Below, one piece after another: positions 25,682-38,227 of a stretch of 64,000 nucleotides of DNA. How positions within the stretch are numbered: the first letter of the stretch is position 1; every line of letters starts with the position of its first letter. Origin of the DNA: Mobula hypostoma (lineage: Eukaryota); the NCBI RefSeq assembly GCF_963921235.1, contig NC_086098.1:2480001-2544000 (forward strand), in the 5' to 3' direction. Under the pieces are notes generated by a model. It was not told the origin of the DNA. It did not search any database and saw nothing but the letters and a program-made list of their open reading frames with translations. Both the position numbers and the translations under genes were made by a program.

Positions 25682-28543
25682 ATTTGCAGGGGGATGGGAA
25701 CCAGAGTGCCAGAGCTGACAGTGTGGCTGGGGTGAAAATAAATGATGTTGAAAGTTTAAGCAAATCCGCTGATAGAAAGGTTGTGAGTGGTGGTAAAAAT
25801 CTTCTGAGGTGTATATATTTCAATGCTACGAGTATTGCGGGGAAGGCGGATGAGTGGAGGGCGTGGATTGACACGTGGAATTATGATGTTGTAGCAATTA
25901 GTGAAACTTGGCTACAGGAGGGGCAGGACTGGCAGCTTAATATTCCAGGGTTCCGATGTTTCAGATGTGATCAAGGCAGAGGAGTGAAAGGTGGGGGAGT
26001 AGCATTGCTTGTTAGGGAAAATATTACAGCAGTGCTCAGGCAGGACAGATTAGAGGGTTTGTCTACTGAGTCCTTATGGGTGGAGCTGAGAAACAGGAAA
26101 GGTATGGCCACATTAGTGGGATTGTATTACAGACCACCCAATAGTCAACGAGACTTGGAAGAGCAAATCTGCAGAGAGATAGCAAGCAACTGCAGGAAAC
26201 ATAAAGTTGTGGTGGTAGGGGATTTTAATTTTCCATACATTGATTGGGACTCCCATACTGTTAGGGGTCTAGATGGTTTAGAGTTTGTAAAATGTGTTCA
26301 GGAAAGTTTTCTAAATCAGTATATAGAGGGACCAACTAAAGGGGATGCAATATTGGATCTCTTGTTAGGTAATGAATTGGGGCAAGTGACAGAAGTCTGT
26401 GTAGGGGAGCACTTTGGTTCCAGTGATCATAACACCATTAGTTTCAATTTGATCATGGACAAGGATAGATCTGGTCCTAGGGTTGAGGTTCTTAACTGGA
26501 AGAAGGCCAAATTTGAAGAAATGAGAAAGGATCTAAAAAGCGTGGATTGGGACAGGTTGTTCTCTGGCAAAGGTGTGATTGGTAGGTGGGAAGCCTTCAA
26601 AGCGGAAATTTTGAGAGTGCAGAGTTTGTATGTTCCTGTCAGGATTAGAGGCACATTGAATAGGAATAAGGAACCTTGGTTCTCAAGGGATATTGCAACT
26701 CTGATAAAAAAGAAGAGGGAGTTGTATGAAATGTATAGGAAACAGGGGGTAAATCAGGTGCTTGAGGAGTATAAGAAGTGCAAGAAAATACTTAAGAAAG
26801 AAATCAGGAGGGCTAAAAGAAGACATGAGGTTGCCTTGGCAGTCAAAGTGAAGGATAATCCAAAGAGCTTTTACAAGTATATTAAGAGCAAAAGGATTGT
26901 AAGGGATAAAATTGGTCCTCTTGAAGATCAGAGTGGTCGGCTTGGTGCAGAACCAAAGGAAATGGGGGAGATCTTAAATAGGTTTTTTGCGTCTGTATTT
27001 ACTAAGGAAGCTGGCATGAAATCTATGGAATTGAGGGAATCAAGTAGTGAGACCATGGAAAATGTACAGATTGAAAAGGAGGAGGTGCTTGCTATCTTGA
27101 GAAAAATTAAAGCGGATAAATCCCCGGGACCTGACAGACTGTTCCCTCGGGCCTTGAAGGAGACTAGTGTTGAAATTGCGGGGGCCCTAGCAGAAATATT
27201 AAAAATTTTGCTGTCGACGGGTGAAGTGCCGAAGGATTGGAGAGTGGCTCATGTTGTTCCGTTGTTTAAAAAAGGATCGAAAAGTAATCCGGGAAATTAT
27301 AGGCCGGTGAGTTTAACGTCAGTAGTAGGTAAGTTTTTGGAGGGAGTACTAAGAGACAGAATCTACAAGCATTTGGATAGACAGGGGCTTATTCGGGAGA
27401 GTCAACATGGCTTTGTGAGTGGTAGGTCATGTTTGACCAATCTGTTGGAGTTTTTCGAGGAGGTTACCAGGAAAGTGGATGAAGGGAAGGCAGTGGATAT
27501 TGTCTACATGGACTTCAGCAAAGCCTTTGACAAGGTCCCACATGGGAGGTTAGTTAGGAAAATTCAGTCGCTAAGTATACATGGAGAGGTGGTAAATTGG
27601 ATTAGACATTGGCTCGATGGAAGAAGCCAGAGAGTGGTGGTAGAAAATTGCTTCTCTGAGTGGAGGCCTGTGACTAGTGGTGTGCCACAGGGATCAGTGC
27701 TGGGTCCATTGTTATTTGTCATCTATATCAATGATCTGGGTGATAATGTGGTAAATTGGATCAGCAAGTTTGCTGATGATACAAAGATTGGAGGTGTAGT
27801 AGACATCGAGGAAGGTTTGCAGAGCCTGCAGAGGGACTTGGACCAGCTGGAAAAATGGGCTGAAAAATGGCAGATGGAATTTAATACAGACAAGTGTGAG
27901 GTATTGCACGTTGGAAGGTCAAACCAAGGTAGAACATACAGGGTTAATAGTAAGGCACTGAGGAGTGCAGTAGAACAGAGGGATCTGGGAATACAGATAC
28001 AAAATTCCCTAAAAGTGTCGTCACAGGTAGATAGGGTCGTAAAGAGAGCTTTTGGTACATTGGCCTTTATTAATCGAAGTATTGAGTATAAGAGCTGGAA
28101 TGTTATGATGAGGTTGTATAAGGCATTGGTGAGGCCGAATCTGGAGTATTGTGTTCAGTTTTGGTCACCAAATTACAGGAAGGATATAAATAAGGTTGAA
28201 AGAGTGCAGAGAAGGTTTACAGAGAAAGGTTGAATAGGTTAGGACTTTATTCCCTGGAGCGTAGAAGAATGAGGGGAGATTTGATAGAGGTATATAAAAT
28301 TATGATGGGTATAGATAGAGTGAATGCAAGCAGGCTTTTTCCACTGAGGCAAGGGGAGAAAAAAACCAGAGGACATGGGTTAAGGGTGAGGGGGGAAAAG
28401 TTTAAAGGGAACATTAGTGGGGGCTTCTTCACACAGAGAGTGGTGGGAGTATGGAATGAGCTGCCAGACGAGGTGCTAAATGCGGGTTCTTTTTTAACAT
28501 TTAAGAATAAATTGGACAGATACATGGATGGGAGGTGTATTTA
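25672..28543 (+). pseudogene. CR1 ORF2 (APE endonuclease + reverse transcriptase), open for ~850 codons, then frameshifted
   Basis: YFNA, SETW, GDFN and SDH endonuclease motifs; KSPGPD, NYRPVSL, QHGF, DFSKAFD, PQGSVLGP and FADD RT motifs; deletion near 28220; C-terminus continues in ORF 28230-28544. Confidence 0.95.
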
Positions 28544-30299
28544 GGGATATGGTCCGTGTGCAGGTCAGTGGGACTAGGCAGAAAATGGTTCGGCACAGCC
28601 AAGAAGGGCCAAAGGGCCTGTTTCTGTGCTGTAGTTTCTATGGTTCTATGGTACAGAATCAAAAAGCAAACAAAACAATAGTGCAAATAATCGTGAACTA
28701 TATACAATGAGATATACCTGTGTATGTACAGGTGGACTTGTTTTATAATAGACTAAAATTCAAATGTTCATAAGACTGATGGCATACGGAAAGAATCTGT
28801 TCTTGTACCTATTTGTCGTGGCATACAGTGATCTAAAGTGCCCACCAGAAGGAAGGAGCTGGAACAGGTGATGTCCGGGGTGTGATGCGTCTACAATGAT
28901 GCTGCTTGCTCGCTTCCTGACTCTGGATGCGTATAAGTCCTGGATCGAGGGCAGCTTCACACCAATAATCTTTTCTGCAGCCTGACGGTTCTTTAGAATC
29001 TATTCTTGTCTTGTTTGGTAGCTGATCCAAACCAGACAGTGATGGACGAACAGAGAGCAGACTGGATTATTCCTGAATAGAATTGAATCAGCAGCTCCTG
29101 AGGCAGGTTGTACTTCCTGAGTTGACGTAGGAAATACAACCTCTGCTGAGCCTTTTTGATAAGAGTGTCTGTGTTGGGTGTCCACTTCAGGTCCTGGGAG
29201 ATTGTGACACCCAGAAACCTGAAGGTCTCCACAGCAGACACAATACTGTTGAGTATAGTGAGTGGGGGGAGTATTGGGGGGCTCCTTCTGAAGTCCACTG
29301 TCACCTCCACAGTCTTGAGCGTATTTAGCTCCAGATTGTTCTGACCACACCAGAGGGCCAGCCGTTCCACCACCCGTCTGTTTGTAGACTCATCACTTCT
29401 GTAGCAGTAAGTTCCTTCCTTCTCTCCTCTCACCTGAAAGCTGTGCCCTCTGGTTCTGTCAATACCTGGCTCAACTTCCTCTTGGAATTTCCATGTTTAC
29501 AAGGCCCATTGATTGGGAAGAGGTGGAGGAGTAGTCGTTGAGCACTCAGATGGGAACTAACCAAATTTACACTGCCATGGGTCTGTACTTCAGGCTTCAG
29601 GCAAAGTGATCTTACTAATAATTAAATGTGTGCAAACCCTCATGCTCATCAGTGTTACCACAGGATTGCAAATACATCTTCTTCAGAAGTTACCTTCCTA
29701 TATTTCACATCTAAAATCTTTAAATGTTGCATCACCACATGAAGACGTTAGTATTTAACTTCTCTGTGAGAGCAGAGGTTAGATCATAATGCAGCTGATG
29801 GCAAAGGATGCAGAACAATAAAGCATTTCATTAACAATGAACTCTCTGATACCATCAGAACCTACTTTACTAAGCCCAGTAAAATAGAATTGACTCATTA
29901 AAATATTGGTTTTAAATGAGCCTACCACTACCTTTCAGCTGACTTCAGTTAAACATAAGAAACCCCTCTTCAGCAATAAATTTGAACAGCATGCTTTTGC
30001 TTGCTAATCATAAACTGATGGTGAAGATAGACACATCTAGTAAGAATGGACCTGTTAGCAACAAAAATAAATATGTCAATCATGAAGTACGTGTGAAAAT
30101 AATCTTTAAACTTCTAACAAACCAGAAAATGGGTATAAATCCCCCTAATGCGAGGAAAGCAGCTGTGAGATACGCAGTTGTATAACAGGAAACTTGAATG
30201 ACAGCAGGTTTCCATGATGAAGCACTCCGATCACTATAATAGTGTGTCACAAAGATATTGACAGAGCATTCCCAACAAGCTGTATAACTGCTTGTACAG

Positions 30300-30810
30300 A
30301 AAATGCACTTCAGCGGATAGGAAGGATCTGCAACAGTAGTCAAAACTACCCAACACGTCATTGGCACCAGCCTAACTGCCATCAAGGATATACATGGAGT
30401 AGCTGCCAGAAAAGGCCCATTAGCATCACAAAAACTCCCACCCACCTTGCTCACGGACTGTTTGTCCCACTCCCTGCAGGGAGGAGGCTACATAGCATCC
30501 ATGCTAGGACCACCAGACTCAAAAAGAGGTACTCTCCCCAAGCAGTAAAACTGACCAACACCTCCACCCACTAACTCCACCACTACTTTATTATTTCCTC
30601 ACAGTCACATTATGTAAGCCTTGCTTTACTTTATGGACATACAATCAATCTATGCAAATAAACTACCTTGTTTATTTATATTTATTGTGTGCTTTTTAGA
30701 ATTATTGTTGTGGTCTTTATCTTTCGTTTTTTTTTGGGCTGCATTGGATCCAAAGTAACAATTATTTTGTTCTCCTTTACACTTACGTACAGGAAATGAC
30801 ATTGATAAAT
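30300..30810 (+). mobile_element. Rex1/Babar 3' fragment
   Basis: HGLFVPLPAGRRLHSIHARTTRLKKRYSPQAVKL. Confidence 0.8.
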
Positions 30811-31564
30811 GTTTGATAGCTTGCCTGATGGACGGAGGAAAATGAACAGAGATTGAGACATGTCTTGTGAAGCCAAAATGTAAATGTTGGCTGCTACGGA
30901 TGCCCAGCAGAAAACTGAGAACAAATTGGACCATTTAAGGAAGATTTGTACTTTAGGTACCAGTGGGAAAATGTACAACTGATAAAAAATTAAATAAAAA
31001 ACATTTTTCATCTAAAATGTTTTACTGACAAATGTCAACAAACTTCTGTGGTGTTTTCAATGACAAGTTAAGAAAATTGCTTTGGAAAATTTCACTACAC
31101 ATTTCACAGATTCATAATCCAGACCTTTCTAAAATGACTGTACTGGCAGCTGTCTGCAAGTGTTGCCACGCTTCGAGTGCCAACATAGCATGCCCACAAC
31201 TAACACACTCTAATTTTGGAGTATGGGACACCCGGAGGAAAGCTGCATGGTCATGGGGAGAAAGTACAAACTCCTTACAGACGACAGCAGGAATCAAACC
31301 CTGATCAATGAGATTGCTCAACCAATACGCGTCCGTGTTGCCCATGAATTGATCACTGTGAATTGCCACTGATATATAGGCAAGTGATAGAACATATAGA
31401 TCACTATATACAACCCCGAGATTCATTTCCTTGCAGGCATTCATAGTAATAGAATCAATGAAAGACAGCACTCATTAGAATGGATGGACAACAAGCAATG
31501 TGCAAAATACAACGAACAGTACAAATACAAAAAGAAAGAAAAAGAAATACCGCTAATAATAAAT

Positions 31565-31870
31565 ATAACATGCAGAAACCAACAAGTGAAAAAGCAGAAA
31601 TATGCTGAATTAAAAGAGGAAATTGAAAGTCTATGTAACAATGACAGAGCATACATTGTCCCAATGGTAATATTTACAACTGGTATCATACCGAAGTCAC
31701 TACCCAATAGCATTAAACAATTAGCCTACGCAGCAATAATTATGTAATTCTCCAGAGTGCCACAATACTAAACACCACTAGAATAATTCAAAAGTTCATA
31801 GCAATTGAGAAATGAGTGTTCTTGGGTTTGCCCGTACTTCAGGTGTTACCAGCTTGAGCTGAGAATAAAA
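31565..31870 (+). mobile_element. R4/Dong-clade (RLE) non-LTR retrotransposon 3' fragment inside a Rex 3' UTR
   Basis: KQKYAELKEEIESL...YIVPMVIFTTGIIPKSL...LQSATILNTTRIIQKF matches the C-terminal pattern of R4/Dong elements; stop at 31813-31815. Confidence 0.7.
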
Positions 31871-34800
31871 CACTAAATAAGCAATAAATATTGAGAACGT
31901 GAGATCAAGAGTCATTGAAAGAGAGTTCATAGGTTATGGGAACAGTTCTGCAAGGGAGCAAGTGAAGTTGAGTGAACCTATCCCCACTGGTTCAAGAGCC
32001 TGACTCTTCCTGAATCTGGTGGCGTGGATAAGACTGCAGCAGTGAGGAGAGATCATGGCCTGGGTGGTGGGGGTCATTATAATGGATGCTGCTTTCCTGA
32101 GACGACATTCACTCACTCATTCCTTCATTATTATAAGCAAATAATCATCAAGGATGTAAACCTTGCATTCTCAATAAATATACCCGCGAAAAAAAAATCG
32201 TCATTAGTTTCTCATTATAATTGTGTAGAAGAGCTTTGTCTGCTGTTTCAGACCTCTTCATATGGATGAAAGATCTTGGCCTGAGGTGTTGACAGTTCAT
32301 TCCCCTCCATTTCCTGCAGCATTTTGTGTGTGTTGCTCTGTATTTCCATTCATCTGCAGAATCTCTTGTGTTTTTATTTATCTGCTGTCTACATCCATCT
32401 GATCACATATATTTAGTGGAACCAAGTGGACAGTTTATTCCTCCTAGCTCTCACTCTGAATGTGACTACTCAAGAGATTATTTGCAAACCAACAGTAAAG
32501 CTTCAAGCTTCTCGGTCTCTCCAGCTTTTTTTTAGCTAATGTGTTTATCTGTTATGTCATGCACTTGGATCTTTATTTGACTCTGCTACCTACGAACAAT
32601 TCCAGAGATCGGCCAAAAAACTACCTGTTCTCTCCTCTCCCAACTCATCCAACTGATTAAACTATTTATACTGTACCAATGGCCAATTCTGCAGTAAATG
32701 TGTGATGCCTGGGGTTTGATGTGTACACAGTCATGGATCATGAAAAAAAACTTTTAAAAGCAACATCTAAAAATGGTGAAGAGTGAGTTCCTCAAGAAAA
32801 AGGTTAAACAACAGGTTTAAAATCTATGCCCAAAACTCTTTGTTTTGCGGCCGTCTGCGGGGAACACGAATCGCAGGTTGTATACTGCATACATACTTTG
32901 ATAATAAATGTACTTGGAATCTTTGAAAGAGTTCCTCAAGAAGAGTGCTAAGTAGAAGAAACGGGCAGCAGGAGATCCATCAATACCAATAACAGTGGTT
33001 AAACTGAAGAACATCAATTGTAGGTAATGGTGCGCAGCACAGGGTTTACAAGTAGGAGCCATTCCAGTCCTGGGGGGGTGGGGCTCCCCAGTAAGGACAG
33101 CTGGTGGTAATTCTTTACCAGTAGAACATTTGCTTTTATTGATACTTACATATTTGCTTTATATATTACAGAAATAAAAGATTGATTTCTGCACTCGCTT
33201 CATCATTCAATAAAGATTTAAATACACTTTGATTTGTGAACTTATTTACTTAATTATTTCGTGATAAAGTGTGGAAGAGGCCTTTCCGATCCACTGAGCC
33301 ACACTGCCCAGCAACCCACCTATTTAATCCAGCCTAATCAAGGGGCAATTTACAATGACCAATTAACCTGTTTATCCTGTGAGCAGCAGATTAGAGGAGA
33401 TTGGCCAGACTGGCTCGCACTGACAGGAAGGCGACAGTAACTCAAATAACCACACATTACAACAGTGGTGTGCAGAAGAGCATCTCTGAACACACAACAC
33501 ATCGAACCTTAAAGTGGATGGGCCACAAACAACTGAAGACCATATCAGGTTCTACTCCAAAACCTAATAAAGTGATCACTGAGTGTAGTTTATGATAAGG
33601 TTTAGAATGAATTCTGTGAACAAAAAGAGTTGTAATTTTCCTGACATGGCATTGTGAATAGAATAAATGAGTTTCTACCTGATTGGTAAAATGGTTTCAT
33701 GAGACTATTATTTAAAGTTGTACAATATAAAGTAGTTACGGATATGAGATATAGACAAATTACTGGAGCCTGCCAACATCGAGATTAGAGATCAATTAAC
33801 GTTATTTGTCACATGTACAGTAGATCAAAACAGCAAAACATACAGCGAAATGCATTGTTTGCATTAATGACCAACACAGTCCAAGTAAATGCTGGGGGCA
33901 GCCTTTGAATGTCACCATGTTTCCAGGGCCAGTGTAGCATATCCACAATATACTAATCCTAATCTCTCTATTTTTGGAATATTGGAGGAAATTGGAGTAA
34001 CTGGAGCAAAACCATGTGATCTGGCACCAGGCAGACAATCTCTGAAGAGTATTGATAATGACTGGGATCACCCACCTTGTAAAGACACTGCTCAGAAGGA
34101 GGCAATGGCAAACCACTTCTGTCGAAAAATTTACCAAAAAAGCAATCACGATCACTTATGTCAGATGAAATGCCGCATAACAAATGAATAATTGCAAAGA
34201 GCTGCTGCAGCAAAACAACACGTTTCATGATATATGCCAGTGATATTAAACCTGATTCAGATTCGGATTTTGACAGCGGTGGGTTTGAACCCTGACCCAT
34301 GACAGCTGGCACTCTGAAGCTTTGCACTAGCTGCTATGCTACTGCGCTGCTCCAAGGAAGATAAAGATGACTGGCCTTGTTTCTTCAATATTCTTTGGAA
34401 ATAAAGTCTTTAGGAGAACGGGAGAGTATGAGATAATTATAAACTAGTTACTCTGATGTAAATTGTCAACAGTGATCAGCATTGTAGGATGAAATGGCAG
34501 CGTGGCAGTTAGTTCAACACATTTCAGTGGTAGCTGTAACATGAAGGTTCAATTCATGCTGCTGGGTGGCCGTGACCATGTGGGATTCCTCTGGAATCCC
34601 TCCCACATTGCAAAGACGTACAGGTTCGGGTTAGTGAGCTGCTGGCACGCGACCTGGGTGCCAAGAGGGTGACACTTGCCGACTGGCCCCACAACATCTT
34701 CAGACTGTGTGTGTCGTCGTCACAAACAACACAGTTCATTGCATGTTTCAATGTATATGTGGTAAACAAAGAATATTTTTGAAATTACTAACCTCATTCA

Positions 34801-35217
34801 AAAACATGATTGAATTAGGGTGAGGCAGCACAATTTTTAAAGAGATATTCTGTTTGACCAATTGAACTGGATTCTTTGTAGAATGAACAAGGACAGATAA
34901 TGAAAATGAAATAAACGAAAATTGGAGATTTCTTTAAAAAGGTCATATGATAAACAGAAGAGAATAAGGTCAAAATATGAGATCATTCAATTTTGTCGAA
35001 TGTAGCAACAAGGAAAGAAAAGGAGGAAAAGTAAGGAGGGTATCTTGGAGCTGCAGGATGTCATGAGTGTGTTCCCTTGTCACCTGTGCCTCTATCACAG
35101 TAAAATAACATTAGTGAAATGGGAGAATAATACGAGATTTCACCAACAGAATGAAATTGCATGTAATTTGAAAGAACTATGAAATTTTGTAAAATAATGT
35201 AGAAAGACAAGAGTTGC

Positions 35218-36040
35218 CTCCTACCTCCTACCAATCAGCCAATGCTCTAACCATGTTAGTAGCTTTCCTGTAATACCATGGGCTCGTAACTTGGTAAGCA
35301 GCCTCATGTGTGGCACCTTGTCAAAGGCCTTCTGAAAGTCCAAATATATAACATCCACTACATCCCCTTTATCCATCCTACTTGTAAACTCCTCAAAGAA
35401 TTCCAACAGGCTTGTCAGGCAGGATTTTCCCTGAAGGAAACCATACTGACTTTGTCCTGTCTTGTCCTGTGTCACCAAGTACTCCAACACCTCATCCTTA
35501 ACAATTGACTCTAACATCTTCCCAACCACTGAGTCAGGCTAACTGGTCCATAATTTACTTTCTGCTATCTTCCTCCTCTCTTATAGAGTGGAGTGATATT
35601 TGCATTTTTCCAGTCCTCTGGCACCATGTCATGAGTCCAATGATTTTGGAAAGATCATTTCTAATGCCTCTACAATCTCTTTCAGAACCCCAGGGCGCAG
35701 TTTTTGTCTGGGTGCCTTTAGGTCTTTCAGCTTTTTGAGCACCTTCTCCTTTGTAATAATAACTGCACTCACTTCTCTTCCTTCACACCCTTCAACATCT
35801 GGCACACTGCTAGTGTCTTCCACAGTGAAGACTGATGCAAAATACTCAATTCATCTGCCATCTTTTTGTCCCCCATTATTATTTCTCCGGCCTCATTTTC
35901 TAGCGGTCTTCTATCCACTCTCATTTCTCTTCTATTATTTTTACATAACTGGAAAAGCTTTTACTATCCACTTTGATATTGTTTGCCAGCTTGCTTTCAT
36001 ATTTCATCTTTTCCCTCCTAATGATTCTTTTAGTTACTTG
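35218..36040 (-). mobile_element. CR1 RT fragment
   Basis: SQYGFLQGKSCLTSLLEFFEE...DFQKAFDKVPH. Confidence 0.9.
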
Positions 36041-36535
36041 ACTTGATTTGATTTAAACCGGCAGCTTTATCATCTCGAGAGTCTAGAGAGAAGCTGACAG
36101 AAATAAAGCCACAAGAAATAAGAAGTAAGTTTTGCCTAACACTGTTTCAGTAAGGCACTGTTCCTTTATTAACAACGATGATTTGACACATTTCTAAAAT
36201 GTTTGGGCGAGTACAGTACTCTCACATTCACAGTGTGAGCCTTGCTTGATGAGAACATGAGTCAGAGATGAGCTCGAATGCCGTACTGAAGTACTTATTT
36301 TTCAGAGCTGCATGTCCTTCAAGTGTGGTTCCCTACCGAGAGCGCAGAATTTATCCTGCCTCTCCTCATCCAGTTGACTTTAAAAAGCCGTATCTGTTTA
36401 AATAGCCCAGATACATGACAATAAGGGAGCATCGATGTTCATCCCTGCCAAATATCTACCGTGAGGTTTGTCAACTTCTCTCCAGACACTTGGGATATTA
36501 AAGAAAAACACTCAGTGGCCACTTTACTAGGTAGC

Positions 36536-37232
36536 ACCCGAACTTCTTGTACCCCAAAACCTTTAGTACCCCTGTACCCTCAGTACCTCCTCTACCTCCT
36601 GAACAACCTGTACCCTTGTACCTCCTATTCCCCTTATAACCCATAAACCCCCTGCACCTCCTGTACCCCCTGAACCCCCATACTGCTTGTATCCCCGAAC
36701 CTCCTGTACTTCCTGTACCCTCAGTACCTCCTCTACCTCCAGTACCCTGAGCCTTCTGAACTCCCTGTACCCGTGCCTCCAATTCCCCTTATACACCATA
36801 AACTCCCCTGCACTCCTGTATTTCCTGTAGCCCTGAACACCCCCCATACTTCCTGTATCCCCAAACCTCCTGAACTCACGGATCCCCCGTACCTTCTGAA
36901 CCCACTGTACCCCCATACCTTCTGAATGCACTGTAACCCCGTCTCTCCTGAGCCCACTGTACCCCCTCTAACTCCTGAATCCACTATATCCTCCGTACCT
37001 CCCAAATCGACTGCACCCCCTCTAACTCCTAAACCCACTGTACCCCCATACCTCCTGAACCCACTGAACCCCCAGTACCTCCTGAACCCACTGTACCCCC
37101 TGTACCTCTTGAACCTACTGTACCCCCTGTACCTCTTGAACCTACTGTACCTCCTGTACCACCTGAACCCCCATACCCCCTCTACCACCTGAACATGCTG
37201 TATACCTCCCAAACATCCTGTACCCCATGAAT
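36536..37232. repeat. Degenerate C-rich minisatellite (9/18/27-bp ACCTCCTGTACC / ACCTCCTGAACCC units)
   Basis: About 700 bp of variants such as TACCTCCTGAACCCACTGTACCCCC. Confidence 0.9.
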
Positions 37233-37752
37233 CCAATAAAGTGGCTGCTGAATGTATTGTCCTGGTCTTCTGCTGCTGCAGCCCATCCACTTCAAGGCTT
37301 GACATGTTGTGTTTGAAGATGCTATTCTGCACACCACTGTTGTAACATGTGATTATTTGAGTTACTGCCACCTTCCTGCGACGTTGATCCAGTCTGGCCA
37401 TTCTCCTCTGGCTTCTCTCATTAACAAATGTTTTAATTTGGTTTCTCGCACCATTCTCTTTAAACTCTAGAGTCCGTTGTGTGTGAAAATCCCAGGAGAT
37501 CAGCAGCTTCTGAAATACCCAACCACCCCATCTGGCACCAACAATCATTCCACATTCAAAGTCACTTAGATCACATTTCTTCCCCCTTCTGATGCTTGGC
37601 CTGAACACCAACTGAACCTCTTGACCATGTCTGCATGTTTTTTATGCATTTAGCTGAATGGCTGAGTAAATATTTGCATTAACCGTTATCAATCAATGCA
37701 TTCACAATTACATATCCCAGAGTGGGTCTTTTACACTCTGTATCCATAAATA

Positions 37753-38227
37753 CAAAGGGTGATTGATAAGTTTGTGACCTAAGGTAGAAGGAGTCAATTT
37801 TAGAAAACCTAGCACATTTGTTTTTCAACATAGTCCCTTCTTCATAGAAGTCGGCATCTTGGACCTCCAGAAAGTGGTCCACAGCAGGGGTGATTGATAA
37901 GTTTGTGATGTAAGATAGAAGGAGATGAGTCATTAACTTCAAACTTTCTGCATTTTCACTCAAAGAGTTGAACTGCACGTGCATGTAACGAGAGCTGTAT
38001 AACTCATCTCCTTCTACCTTAGGCCACGAACCAATTAATCACCCCTGCTGTGGACCACTTTCTGGAGGTCCAAGACGTGACTCCTACAAAGAAGGGATCC
38101 ATATGCTCCATGACCGCTGGACTAAGTGTGTAAACGTAGGTGGGGACTATGTTGAAAAATAAATATGCTAGGTTTTCTAAAATTGACTCCTTCTACCTTA
38201 GGCCATGAACTTATCAATCACCCCTTG
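37753..38227. mobile_element. Palindromic mariner-derived MITE
   Basis: TA...TA target; TIRs CAAAGGGTGATTGATAAGTT / AACTTATCAATCACCCCTTG; inner second TIR pair; transposase C-terminus HDRWTKCVNVGGDYVEK* ending at 38162. Confidence 0.85.

Larger units (their letters stand above)
24812..28650 (+). mobile_element. Near full-length, slightly 5'-truncated CR1 LINE
   Basis: ORF1 and ORF2 in order; 3' (TTCTATGG)n tail ending near 28650; few lesions. Confidence 0.95.
24725..29390 (-). mobile_element. Rex1/Babar LINE 3' part (24725-24811 and 28651-29390) hosting the large CR1
   Basis: (ATTCTG)n tail at 24725-24750; ORF 28993-29433 reads KTVEVTVDFRRS...KKAQQRLYFLRQLRK. Confidence 0.85.

Noticed and set aside
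36368..36460. Minus-strand YLNRYGFL, resembling the convertase RYGFG motif or an MMP propeptide
   Set aside because: Short frame bounded by stops, with no further similarity and no following GLLDA motif.
36498..37611. Long Gly/Arg/Tyr-rich ORFs (up to 292 aa)
   Set aside because: Artefacts of a stop-poor minisatellite fused to Tc1 transposase remnants.
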